IMG/VR virus record: IMGVR_UViG_3300029267_004181
Reading direction: 5' to 3' (one strand)
Source of the DNA: an uncultured virus (IMG/VR IMGVR_UViG_3300029267_004181)
Taxonomy: Duplodnaviria > Heunggongvirae > Uroviricota > Caudoviricetes
DNA: 20,000 bases
Below, in pieces: positions 1 through 8,588 of this stretch (position 1 is its first letter; the number at the start of each line of letters is the position of its first letter). Both the position numbers and the translations under genes were made by a program. Below the pieces are notes generated by a model, which searched no databases, was not told the origin of the DNA, and worked only from the letters and a program-made list of their open reading frames with translations.

Positions 1-150
1 AGCCTCCCATTCGTCCGACGCAGCAGACTCAGCCCACTCAAGCAAGTAGGTATAAGGGCCGGAATCGCGCAGACTGTAATCCATCTCCCATTCAATAAGG
101 GAGTCGCCGCCAAACAAGTGAGAAACGCGACATGACCTAAAACCAGCCAA
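1..150 (-). CDS. Partial (5' end) hypothetical virion protein, possibly head-closure/neck related
   Basis: Not in the ORF track. My translation from a TTG at 150, just after the upstream gene's stop (152-154), is open to the window edge: MAGFRSCRVSHLFGGDSLIEWEMDYSLRDSGPYTYLLEWAESAASDEWEA. It is beta-strand-like with W/Y residues. Confidence 0.55.
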   Translation of the reverse strand, partial: MAGFRSCRVSHLFGGDSLIEWEMDYSLRDSGPYTYLLEWAESAASDEWEA

Positions 151-151
151 G

Positions 152-424
152 TTACAACCCTATCGGTAAGCCGGTGTGCTCCAAGGTGCCAGGCTGCTGA
201 GCCGCTAACTCAGCCCAGTGCGCAATAGCCTGCTGCCTGGCAACCTGTCTGGCACGTTGACGCGCAATGCGACTACCTATCGCACCCGTCAAACCACCTA
301 ACAAACCACCTACCGCCATGCCGGTAAGCATGCGCTCAGTAGACCTATCCTTGACAACAGTGTACAAGGCGCCTAAAGCCGCACCCGTCAGCACGCCAGC
401 TTGCTTGTCCATTTTGCTAGGCAT
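152..424 (-). CDS. Small glycine-zipper membrane protein (putative internal virion protein)
   Basis: Two hydrophobic GxxxG segments (GVLTGAALGALY; GMAVGGLLGGLTGAIG), a basic tail and an N-terminal DKQA motif. The start may be Met5 at 412. Confidence 0.7.
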   Translation of the reverse strand: MPSKMDKQAGVLTGAALGALYTVVKDRSTERMLTGMAVGGLLGGLTGAIGSRIARQRARQVARQQAIAHWAELAAQQPGTLEHTGLPIGL

Positions 425-430
425 AGCAAA
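401..430. repeat. 30-bp direct repeat, copy 1, containing palindrome TTTGCTA-N4-TAGCAAA
   Basis: ttgcttgtccattttgctaggcatagcaaa is 29/30 identical to 963-992. It contains a perfect 9-bp inverted repeat (411-419/424-432). Confidence 0.9.
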
Positions 431-442
431 ATCGGCCTTATT

Positions 443-937
443 TTACTCCACTGCCTTTGATACATCTGTGAGAATATGCTTGTGCTTCCAAGGCGCCCAG
501 ACCGTCCCGATCGACAAGCCAAGAATACTACCAGCCAGCGCGCCAACAGGCGCAGTAAACTGTGCCATATCTTTTTCTCCGGCAAGCGCAGGTGTCGCAC
601 CTATAGCGCCTCCAGCCAACAAACCAAGTAACGCACCGCGCCAACTGGTTCGACGCTGGGCAGCGAGGTACGCTCGCTCACGCTCTGTCAGATCCTTTCG
701 TCGGGCGGCTCTGCGTCTGGCTAACCAAGCAAGAAGCGCTCCTCCTCTTACTGCTACATCAGCCGCATTAAGCGGAATAGCAGCTGCATGCAAGCCTATA
801 ACTGATGGAGGCGCGCCTCCAATAGCAGCGAAAACGGGACCCACGCTACCCATCCCGGCCCCGATAGCACCACCTATCCGAGCTCCAGTTTTCGCGCTAC
901 TACTTATTGACTCGAACAATCTGGTATCTGAAGCCAT
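443..937 (-). CDS. Glycine-zipper membrane protein (putative internal virion protein)
   Basis: Start moved to the ATG at 937 (MASDTR), which follows an SD-like GAAGGGGTG. Several GxxxG hydrophobic segments (GARIGGAIGAGMG; GALLGLLAGGAIG; GALAGSILGLSIG) are separated by an Arg-rich stretch. Confidence 0.75.
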   Translation of the reverse strand: MASDTRLFESISSSAKTGARIGGAIGAGMGSVGPVFAAIGGAPPSVIGLHAAAIPLNAADVAVRGGALLAWLARRRAARRKDLTERERAYLAAQRRTSWRGALLGLLAGGAIGATPALAGEKDMAQFTAPVGALAGSILGLSIGTVWAPWKHKHILTDVSKAVE

Positions 938-962
938 TCTAACACACCCCTTCTTGTCCTCT

Positions 963-992
963 TTGCTTATCCATTTTGCTAGGCATAGCAAA
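963..992. repeat. 30-bp direct repeat, copy 2 (intergenic, putative operator or hairpin)
   Basis: ttgcttatccattttgctaggcatagcaaa lies upstream of the 443-937 gene. Confidence 0.9.
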
Positions 993-1012
993 TTGTCCGC
1001 CAGACAACCAGC

Positions 1013-1306
1013 TTAGAAACTGTAAGCGTACTTGCCACAGATATGACACGCAACCTCGACAATGGACACGACTACACCTTCATCTCCCTCGAAATAGATT
1101 GTTGCTCCGTGCCAGCCGCAGCTTTCTGACTCGAAAGGCGTGGTAGGAGTAATAGTGCGGTAATCCCCGCCCTCTTCCGTTTTAAGCTTTACAGAGTCAG
1201 ATGATACCGTGATTTCGACTTTGCGAGTATCAGCAGCAAGCTCGCACGCTTGCTCTTCGCCGTCACAAGTAAGATTGGTTATAGTCACGTAGTCTGAAAG
1301 AGCCAC
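1013..1306 (-). CDS. Hypothetical beta-rich small virion protein
   Basis: GTG start with a strong SD (AAGGAGG), 97 aa, alternating beta-strand pattern and a C-terminal CHIC motif. Confidence 0.8.
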   Translation of the reverse strand: MALSDYVTITNLTCDGEEQACELAADTRKVEITVSSDSVKLKTEEGGDYRTITPTTPFESESCGWHGATIYFEGDEGVVVSIVEVACHICGKYAYSF

Positions 1307-1325
1307 TTCACGCCTCCTTGTGGTT

Positions 1326-2180
1326 TCACACTATTCCGTAACCGTTCTGGAGATTTAGATTCAGCTTCGTCCTCTCCATCCAGGTCTTCCATTCCAAGAG
1401 ATACCTGTCACCCGTCTCTTCGTATTGAGCAGATCTGTTGGTATCATCCAACGTCAAACCGCCGCTAACTTGGTATCTAAGCTCGTTCCTGCGATACCAA
1501 TTAGCCGCCGCTTTGTACAAGTACCCTATCGTGCCCAACAGCCAGGGGCGACGATACGGAAAAGTCGCAATCGTGTATCTGTACGGTGGCACCGGCGGAG
1601 GAGTATCATTCCACTCTTCCACCGGCATGCGCAGAGCAGCCAAAATCTGCGCATCAGAAAACTCAACATCATCCAAAACCTGGTTGGCATCAGGGCTAGT
1701 ATCCCAGAGAAACATGCGAATCTCCGGAATCGTGGGCGTAGCTGACGCATCCTCAACGTTCAACCTGGGCGTAATGAACAGGTAAAACGGCATGGAAAAG
1801 ATCGTTACGCCGTCCCTTATAACATTCCATTCGGCCAACCAGACACCCGGCGTAGCAGTCTGATCGGGCGTCAGTGTGACTGACACCTCGCCTGCCTCCG
1901 CATTCGTAATAGTAGCAGCTAATTCCAGCTCAAGCGTAGCTGCTTTACGCGACTCCTTCAGCACGAACTCAACCGTCAAAGGGCTGGTCGACTCACTGCT
2001 GGAACTGGAACTTGAGCTGGATTCCTCGTCTGCCAAGGAATACGTTGCACCCTGACAGGTACGCAACGTTGCTGTAACAGCAGCCTGAGTCTCTTGCGAC
2101 ACCGTAGCAACTGCGATTTCCCGCAGGTTGACCCCGGCTACACGGGACCGACCATAGCTTTCGTCACTACACCAACTCAT
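1326..2180 (-). CDS. Putative neck/head-tail adaptor protein with N-terminal Ig/BppU-like domain
   Basis: The N-terminal half is Ig-like (AGEVSVTLTPDQTATPGVWLAEWNV). The helical C-terminal half (EIRMFLWD...EFSDAQILAAL...YRRNELRYQVSGGLTLD) resembles head-completion adaptors. It lies downstream of the capsid genes and has a Ser9 insert. Confidence 0.6.
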   Translation of the reverse strand: MSWCSDESYGRSRVAGVNLREIAVATVSQETQAAVTATLRTCQGATYSLADEESSSSSSSSSESTSPLTVEFVLKESRKAATLELELAATITNAEAGEVSVTLTPDQTATPGVWLAEWNVIRDGVTIFSMPFYLFITPRLNVEDASATPTIPEIRMFLWDTSPDANQVLDDVEFSDAQILAALRMPVEEWNDTPPPVPPYRYTIATFPYRRPWLLGTIGYLYKAAANWYRRNELRYQVSGGLTLDDTNRSAQYEETGDRYLLEWKTWMERTKLNLNLQNGYGIV

Positions 2181-2182
2181 GC

Positions 2183-2875
2183 TTACCCGCTTGAACTGGA
2201 GCTGCTGGAACTGGTGGAACTGGAGTCCTCAGCCGGCCTGTCATTCGAAGGAGTACCCTGACGGTCAGGCGCGTCGCTAATAGTCAAGCCACGCGCGTAT
2301 ACAACCTGCACAGCCACATCAGGACCGGGATCCGCGGCTAGATTATCCTGCACTACAAACTCTAGACGCTGGCCGTACCGAAGCTGGAAACAAGAAGAGC
2401 ACCTGGACATCTTTATCGGGTACAGCGTGTGATTGAGAACACCACCCAAACCCTGCAGCAACAGCCTGTTAGTCTGCAGCGCCTGTAATACAGGATCACT
2501 AAACATGACGAAAGGCACATGATCAGTCAACGTAAGAGAAACAGGATGCAAAGGATAAATGTACGTGCCTTCTATTCGGTCCCAGACGCGAATGATGAAG
2601 CCGTTGGTCAGACCATCCGTGCTCTCGCCCCAGCCGCCTCCTGCCAGCGCGCCCTGACAAACGACAAACACGCTCATCACATCCAGCATGTACAGCTCTG
2701 ACCTGGAATCTTCCACACCTATCCAAAAAATGCCTCTGTCGTCCGGCGAATATGCCGATGCGGCCATATTGGTTTCGCCAGCTCCGTTACCATCAATAGA
2801 GAAAAAATACGTACCCCACTGAGTAGACGGAGTCAGATGATACCCCTCACTAACTGCCGAATTAGACCACTGCAT
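2183..2875 (-). CDS. Hypothetical virion protein with C-terminal poly-Ser-Gly tail
   Basis: 230-aa ORF tightly packed between its neighbours, with a beta-rich core (GLTNGFIIRV; GQRLEFVVQDNL). It ends DSSSTSSSSSSSSG. Confidence 0.75.
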   Translation of the reverse strand: MQWSNSAVSEGYHLTPSTQWGTYFFSIDGNGAGETNMAASAYSPDDRGIFWIGVEDSRSELYMLDVMSVFVVCQGALAGGGWGESTDGLTNGFIIRVWDRIEGTYIYPLHPVSLTLTDHVPFVMFSDPVLQALQTNRLLLQGLGGVLNHTLYPIKMSRCSSCFQLRYGQRLEFVVQDNLAADPGPDVAVQVVYARGLTISDAPDRQGTPSNDRPAEDSSSTSSSSSSSSG

Positions 2876-2879
2876 CTAT

Positions 2880-3347
2880 TTACTCCTTTCGCCGCTCAAT
2901 CGGAATCAGGTGTTCTTCGATGCGCCTTAGCGTCTTGTCTATCTGCGTGAGGCGCGTTTCGATCCTGGCAATCCGATCGCTGGTACTCATGGTAACCTGG
3001 GTTATCTGCTTTTGAAGATCAATGACCCGCGCATCCATGCGATCAAAATCTTCCCGCAGATCCGAATGTGACACTTCCAGCGTATGCAGCCGCCCTTCTG
3101 TCTGCGCATACCGCACCTCTGACTCTTTGACTTGAGCATTGAGTACTTCCCGGACAGAAGCCGCGTCATTACGTATAACCGCCGCCAGCTGGAGCAGGAT
3201 CATAATGAGCACAGCCGCCGCACTTCCGCCTAAAACAGGTTTAGGAATACGGTAAGTCACACCAGACAAAGCAGGCACCACCTGCGAATCAGCTGCATCT
3301 GCCATATTTACTGACTCCGTTTCGGACACTAATCCATCGCTGTCCAT
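2880..3347 (-). CDS. Single-pass membrane protein with coiled coil (possible holin, spanin-like or XhlA-like lysis accessory)
   Basis: TM segment VLGGSAAAVLIMILLQLAAVI followed by a heptad-patterned region (IARIETRLTQIDKTLRRIEEHL). Function is inferred only. Confidence 0.6.
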   Translation of the reverse strand: MDSDGLVSETESVNMADAADSQVVPALSGVTYRIPKPVLGGSAAAVLIMILLQLAAVIRNDAASVREVLNAQVKESEVRYAQTEGRLHTLEVSHSDLREDFDRMDARVIDLQKQITQVTMSTSDRIARIETRLTQIDKTLRRIEEHLIPIERRKE

Positions 3348-3379
3348 GATTTTAACTCACTATCGCCTGGAAAACCAGA

Positions 3380-3715
3380 TCACTTCAGCAAGACATCTTT
3401 CGCTTTCCATTTACCACTCGAAAAAATCTTGCCGTCACTGACACGTCGTAGCTTACCTTCCTGTACGAAGTACTCGTGCGAAGGCTCGTCGAACTGCCTT
3501 GGCAACTCGTCAGGCACCTCTACATCCTTGTAAAACTGCTCCTTTGACACATCACCCCATTCGACGTGCGTTGGAATCCACGTCGATACTCCTCTTATCG
3601 TTACAAGCTCTACCTCTCGCACAAGCGTATACCTACGACCATCTGGCGATTCGATTGCGATGCTGGCCAAACTAGTGCCTACAACCGCGCCGCGCTTATC
3701 AGTCAGCACATCCAT
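3380..3715 (-). CDS. Hypothetical protein, possible fibre assembly chaperone
   Basis: 111 aa, starting immediately after the fibre gene stop. This position is typical of fibre chaperones. Confidence 0.6.
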   Translation of the reverse strand: MDVLTDKRGAVVGTSLASIAIESPDGRRYTLVREVELVTIRGVSTWIPTHVEWGDVSKEQFYKDVEVPDELPRQFDEPSHEYFVQEGKLRRVSDGKIFSSGKWKAKDVLLK

Positions 3716-3716
3716 G

Positions 3717-6700
3717 TTAGTACACGACCCCGTATACAGCCGTAGTATATGCGGCAGTATCTCCAGTTACACTGCCGCGCTTTATAGCCGCACCGTAAAC
3801 ACTCTTTGCGCCGTAAGTATAATTACTGCCCGAACTACCATAGCAAATGATGGAAGCTCCCGCGGCACACACACCAATACCATTATCCTTAACAGTGCAT
3901 TGGTATATGTGCAAGTTGCTATCTCTGCAAACACTTACACCTATAGCATTGTAACGAATAGTGCACTGAGAGAAGGTCAAGCCGCTCCACACATGATGAT
4001 TAGTAAAAGTTGGACACAGCCATATGCCGCCACCGTGTTCGGCGTTATTGCCTATCGAGCCTTCGATCGACACGCCTTCGATTATAACATTGCATCTGTG
4101 AGGCAGCATCGGACGGAGCGTGCCCTGAACGTTGCGTGTCGCCCTGGCAGTGCCGGGACTGCCGGGACCCTCTGCCACACCGGCAGCGTTGGTTACCTCT
4201 ACCCAATCCGCGCCGTCATTGACAGCTGTTACTTTAGCATATACGTCATTAGCAGCATTGGTACAGCTACCCCTGTCTACAAACAGATACGACTGATTCG
4301 CTAACACGTTACTCAGATCAGGGCTGCCGGCGAAGGTGTAGCGCATTGTAGTGCCGGCGGGATTGGTAATCTGATCAATATCCAGCTCCGCACCGCCAAC
4401 GGCCAACGTGGAAAACCTGACGTTGGTAGGCGTGCTGGTATCTCCTGTAACCAAGACCTTGCCCGTACCTAGTGTAATCGGCGCGCCTATAAGATCCCAC
4501 CCCCTAACAGCCATGAGATCATATAAACCATTACCACAATCAATAGTCACGGTCACACCGTTACCTATAATGTAGCCGCGAATCTGCTCCCAAGCGTGTT
4601 CTAACGAGAACCAGGGATTGCCGGATGTACCGTCACCCGTCGAGTCGTCGCCGGACGGATCTATATAGTACGTGATGTCGGAATCTATGACTACGCTGTG
4701 TGTGGTCCAGGCAGGTGTAGTACCTCCCATCAAAATAGCGCCTGACGCACCAGCAGATAGTCTCACCCAAACGTCGCCGTTGTGATAAAGCGTATCCCCT
4801 GCCGTCCCACACTGCGATACGGCAATGTCTTCGACCCTTCTGTGCACCCATAAATCGCTCTCGTCGTCATAGATCAGCATGTAAGGCGAAGAACAGTCGC
4901 CCGGTGACGAGCTGGACGACATGGAAATCTCTACATCAGTCAGGTCTCCTAGCGATAAGGTGATACTAAGCGAATCGACATACTGCTTGTTTACCAGATC
5001 GTACGCTTCCACCGGCGGCTGTGTAGATGCCGGCACTGTCGTAAATGTCTTCTTGCCGGAGATCGTGCTAGCACCAGCAGCCAACACGAAATACGTCTCT
5101 GCAACCCCGGCATCAGGAACGACGACAACCCTGTCTACGCCAGCGTATTCGCCCTCGATACAATAAAAATGTGCCCTCCTGATAACCTCGGCTTGCTCTG
5201 ACTCGGATGAAGATGAAGATGAAGATGAAGATGAAGACGAACCGGCAGGAGGATAAACACGGATTCTGAATATGCTGGCTATCAGATCCTGAAAGTCTTT
5301 GGTGCCCTCCACAACCTGATCAAAATCTGCCAGAACCACGAAGAAATCTTGTAAATCAGCAGATGTCCAGATGCCAGTATCAGAATCCCACACCAGCACC
5401 TTCTCAAGACTGTCGGCAGGATCGTAATACACATCAGTCAGATCTTCCAGCGTAGTAACACCGGACGTAATCAGACCATCTACATACTCCTTCGTCACCA
5501 GATCCGTGGTGGCATACGGTGTATGTCCTTCACGCACTTCAGGCAAATACTCGAATACGAAATTCTCTCCTTCCTCTACTCGTACCTGATTGCGCCAGCA
5601 ATGCTCAAATGTGCAGCTATCCTCTATCACTACATCCGCGCTGTCGTGACGGACAGCTGCGCCTGCCTCACCAACCGGAGGCTTGCAGACGCCTTTGAAC
5701 TTCCAACCACGCAAGCGCAAATACACGGGCATTTTCGTATCGAAATGCCATAGCGTATGCACGCTTTTCGTTATATAGGCCTGAACAGTGGGACCAGCCG
5801 ACGCATACAAAGACGAAGAGGAAGAGGAAGACGAAGAGGAAGATACAGCCTCACACTCCTCTACCGGCCAGGTAGATCCTTCATACGTTTCTATATCGAT
5901 AGTTTTTTCTACGTCGTTTACAGCCTTGACCAGCACATCTGTCACGTTGTTAGCAGTAACAGGGCAGCCTTCACAAGTGAACAAGCTCTGGCCGGCTGTC
6001 ACAGAAGACAGATCAGGTAGGTATTGCGGCTCGGCGCCAGGATCCTCGGACGATGAAGAAGACCCTGGAAGCTCCTCGACAGCCAAATGATATCGAAGCA
6101 GATTACCCGCCGGCTTTTCGATCAAAGTCACCCGTACAGGATTACCGTCATTCACCATCGCGCATATAACGGCATTGTCGCTATTAGATTCGTCTCCCTC
6201 TATCACGACACATCCGGTTCCCATCGTCGCAGGAACCCTGTCTACCGTCCAGGTAGTATCAAGATTCCACTGCCGAGGCACAATAGTGTCGGGCGCTAGA
6301 GGACTGACCCGAGCCGATTTTACATACGCCGTAGCTTCATTCTGAATAATCCGATCGGCCAGCACGTAAAACGCCTCGGTAATGGTAGCATGATTGCCGT
6401 AGCCGCCTGCCCCGTCACCGCCGTCGTGTATCCACTGCTGGTTAATAAGAGAGTTAGACGCAATAGACCGCGGAAATGGAATAGCCAGGCCTGGTAGCCT
6501 GAACTGAATCCGGTTCTCCTCCATAATAAAGCCGACCATCTGTACCAGCTCAGTTCCGCTATCCGGCAGCGTCGTAGACCACTTGCCCCAAGTATCCATA
6601 GATGTGTATATGACGCCGGTAGTAGCACCGCTGGTGTTTACTTCCAACTCAGCAGCCATAGCTATCCAGCCGGACGAGCCGTGATCTATATCATCCAACA

Positions 6701-8264
6701 ACACGTGAGTAGCAGGATAATAACTGGGAACGTGCGGATAAATGAACGAGCCGCCGGCGTAGATAACCAGATCACCTTTGACTAGATTAAAACCTGACGT
6801 ATTGGTAACCCAGACAGCGCCTGTCGTATGAGGGAAATAATTAGTCCAAAGCTCGTTGTCACCATCAAAGACAAGCGCCATACCCTCCAATACACAGCCA
6901 GCCGGGTACGAAGGCTCGGACGGCTGAGCCGCCGGCACTTTTATGCACAACGCAACGTCCGACAGATTAGCCAGCTGCGCTACATAATCAACGTAGGCCT
7001 TGCGGACCGCATGATTATCATAGATAGGATTCTCCGCCGGCAGCAGCGGAATCTGACCAAACTGCCATTGCCCGGATATGTTGAAATCGCCGGACGACAA
7101 CAAGATCCAGGCGTCCTCGCCGGGATCGGGAATGGTCAGGGTATGATCGTCACAAAAATGGCCGGCAACAATCGTCACGTAATGCGCAGGATTGGCCGCT
7201 GCGTATGCGCTGGAACTGGACGAGCTGGAGCTGGAAAGCTGACAAGGCAGCGTACGAATGACCAAGCCATCAGCCAAGGTAACAGGCTGCAAGAACGTTT
7301 TGTCACCGTCAATCTCCTGCTCGCCTTCCAACATAACCAGAAAATCGCCGGGATCTCGGTTGGTCCAACACTCGCCATTGAACCACAACACGTCTCCTGC
7401 AGACGACCCCCAAGCGTAGTCGCTGCTGGAGCTGGACGACCCTTCCGACAAACATACATCCAATAACTCACCCAGATAATTCAGAATGTGGTTGTCCACA
7501 TAGCGCTTGGTCGCTACGTGTGTCGGGGCGGTTATGGCGCTGGTGACCTCTGGCGTGGCCGTGAAGGTCCAATCCCCGTTAATGGTGGTGGAACCCTCGG
7601 TCAGCACAAAAGATGCGTCTGCGCCCGCGTCAGGCACGCTGTACGCCCTGTTAGCTGCTGGCACGCCTGTGATCGTAAACCATTTGGTGCCGTCATTGGA
7701 TAAGGCCAGGCTGGGGTATACCTTTACACCTGCCGTGAACGTCTGGACAGCAGACCAGGTTTTGCTGCCTGTTACCGTCTGGACCGTAGCCAGCGTAACA
7801 AAGTACGCGTCTCCGTCAATGTTGACGAAATTGGCACCGTTGTGCCGTAGAATGTGGCCGGCTACAGCGCCGCCTACCGCCACATCCGTCAGATCATCCA
7901 GGCTCAACGCGGCAACCAGGCCATCTACATAAGCCTTCCTGGTAGCTTCGTTGGCATTGACAGGATCAGCAGCCGGCAAGACAGGAATAGACAGAAACGT
8001 CTTTATCCCATCTATATTCTGATTTACCGCCCCCGTAACAACCAGAAAGGTCTGTGGCTGCTGATTTATCCAAGTGCCGCTGGCTGCATGATAGCGCAGA
8101 ATATCGTAGTCGGCTTCACCAGCCAGGTTTACGTCAATAAGATCGCCGAGATCATAAAACAGGTCGCCCCCGCCGCCGCCGCCTACAACAGACTCGCCGG
8201 CCCTCTGCCTGCGATGCAGGCGAGTCGCCATGTCATATACGAGATTCCAGCTATCGTATGCCAT
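3717..8264 (-). CDS. Large mosaic fibre/spike protein (~1515 aa) with shaft repeats and pectin-lyase-like beta-helix modules
   Basis: Recurrent fibre motifs: LxxLxDV (6 copies), KxYVD (5 copies) and IxGxKTF-like. The C-terminal region has YYIDPSGDDSTGDGTSGNPW and beta-helix-type repeats (IRYNAIGVSV; VKDNGIGVCA). The ATG at 8264 is preferred over the TTG at 8315, which would run through a terminator-like hairpin. Confidence 0.8.
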   Translation of the reverse strand: MAYDSWNLVYDMATRLHRRQRAGESVVGGGGGGDLFYDLGDLIDVNLAGEADYDILRYHAASGTWINQQPQTFLVVTGAVNQNIDGIKTFLSIPVLPAADPVNANEATRKAYVDGLVAALSLDDLTDVAVGGAVAGHILRHNGANFVNIDGDAYFVTLATVQTVTGSKTWSAVQTFTAGVKVYPSLALSNDGTKWFTITGVPAANRAYSVPDAGADASFVLTEGSTTINGDWTFTATPEVTSAITAPTHVATKRYVDNHILNYLGELLDVCLSEGSSSSSSDYAWGSSAGDVLWFNGECWTNRDPGDFLVMLEGEQEIDGDKTFLQPVTLADGLVIRTLPCQLSSSSSSSSSAYAAANPAHYVTIVAGHFCDDHTLTIPDPGEDAWILLSSGDFNISGQWQFGQIPLLPAENPIYDNHAVRKAYVDYVAQLANLSDVALCIKVPAAQPSEPSYPAGCVLEGMALVFDGDNELWTNYFPHTTGAVWVTNTSGFNLVKGDLVIYAGGSFIYPHVPSYYPATHVLLDDIDHGSSGWIAMAAELEVNTSGATTGVIYTSMDTWGKWSTTLPDSGTELVQMVGFIMEENRIQFRLPGLAIPFPRSIASNSLINQQWIHDGGDGAGGYGNHATITEAFYVLADRIIQNEATAYVKSARVSPLAPDTIVPRQWNLDTTWTVDRVPATMGTGCVVIEGDESNSDNAVICAMVNDGNPVRVTLIEKPAGNLLRYHLAVEELPGSSSSSEDPGAEPQYLPDLSSVTAGQSLFTCEGCPVTANNVTDVLVKAVNDVEKTIDIETYEGSTWPVEECEAVSSSSSSSSSSSLYASAGPTVQAYITKSVHTLWHFDTKMPVYLRLRGWKFKGVCKPPVGEAGAAVRHDSADVVIEDSCTFEHCWRNQVRVEEGENFVFEYLPEVREGHTPYATTDLVTKEYVDGLITSGVTTLEDLTDVYYDPADSLEKVLVWDSDTGIWTSADLQDFFVVLADFDQVVEGTKDFQDLIASIFRIRVYPPAGSSSSSSSSSSSSESEQAEVIRRAHFYCIEGEYAGVDRVVVVPDAGVAETYFVLAAGASTISGKKTFTTVPASTQPPVEAYDLVNKQYVDSLSITLSLGDLTDVEISMSSSSSPGDCSSPYMLIYDDESDLWVHRRVEDIAVSQCGTAGDTLYHNGDVWVRLSAGASGAILMGGTTPAWTTHSVVIDSDITYYIDPSGDDSTGDGTSGNPWFSLEHAWEQIRGYIIGNGVTVTIDCGNGLYDLMAVRGWDLIGAPITLGTGKVLVTGDTSTPTNVRFSTLAVGGAELDIDQITNPAGTTMRYTFAGSPDLSNVLANQSYLFVDRGSCTNAANDVYAKVTAVNDGADWVEVTNAAGVAEGPGSPGTARATRNVQGTLRPMLPHRCNVIIEGVSIEGSIGNNAEHGGGIWLCPTFTNHHVWSGLTFSQCTIRYNAIGVSVCRDSNLHIYQCTVKDNGIGVCAAGASIICYGSSGSNYTYGAKSVYGAAIKRGSVTGDTAAYTTAVYGVVY

Positions 8265-8270
8265 AGGTAG

Positions 8271-8306
8271 AAAAAGCCGGGGCAGGACAGAGCCTGCCGC
8301 CGGCTC
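8271..8306 (-). terminator. Putative intrinsic terminator after the capsid gene block
   Basis: The minus strand reads AGCCGG-C-GGCAGG [CTCTGT] CCTGCC-CCGGCT-TTTT: a 12-bp GC-rich stem with one bulge and a short U tract, in an intergenic position. Confidence 0.7.
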
Positions 8307-8339
8307 GTGGATCAAAAGTCAGGAAAAGGACGACTCTGT

Positions 8340-8573
8340 CTACTGAGCTTCCTCTTCGACAGCGGCCTGGAGAATGCCGGGATGCTGCTGAAGAAGTTCC
8401 AGCGCAGTTTCATACGCTTCCTCGTCAGCCTCGCTTGCACTCTTGGTGTGCGAACAGAGCGCATTAGCAGCCTTCACAACCTCCGTAGCCTGCTGCTCCG
8501 TCTTCAACTCAACGCCCAGAGACGCAAGCTTGTCGAAAAAGGCCGCTTGCCTTATCTCGTCGTAAATACTCAA
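8340..8573 (-). CDS. Small helical hypothetical protein with K-x-A motifs
   Basis: TTG start with SD AGGGAG, 77 aa, containing DKLA, VKAA and TKSA. Confidence 0.75.
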   Translation of the reverse strand: MSIYDEIRQAAFFDKLASLGVELKTEQQATEVVKAANALCSHTKSASEADEEAYETALELLQQHPGILQAAVEEEAQ

Positions 8574-8588
8574 CTGATTTTCTCCCTA

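Noticed and set aside
3717..4200. Diversity-generating retroelement target at the fibre C-terminus
   Set aside because: No reverse transcriptase or template repeat is visible in this window.
5788..6090. Plus-strand acidic ORFs (DEEEEEDEEED; also 9028-9264)
   Set aside because: They are the reverse complement of TCN serine codons.
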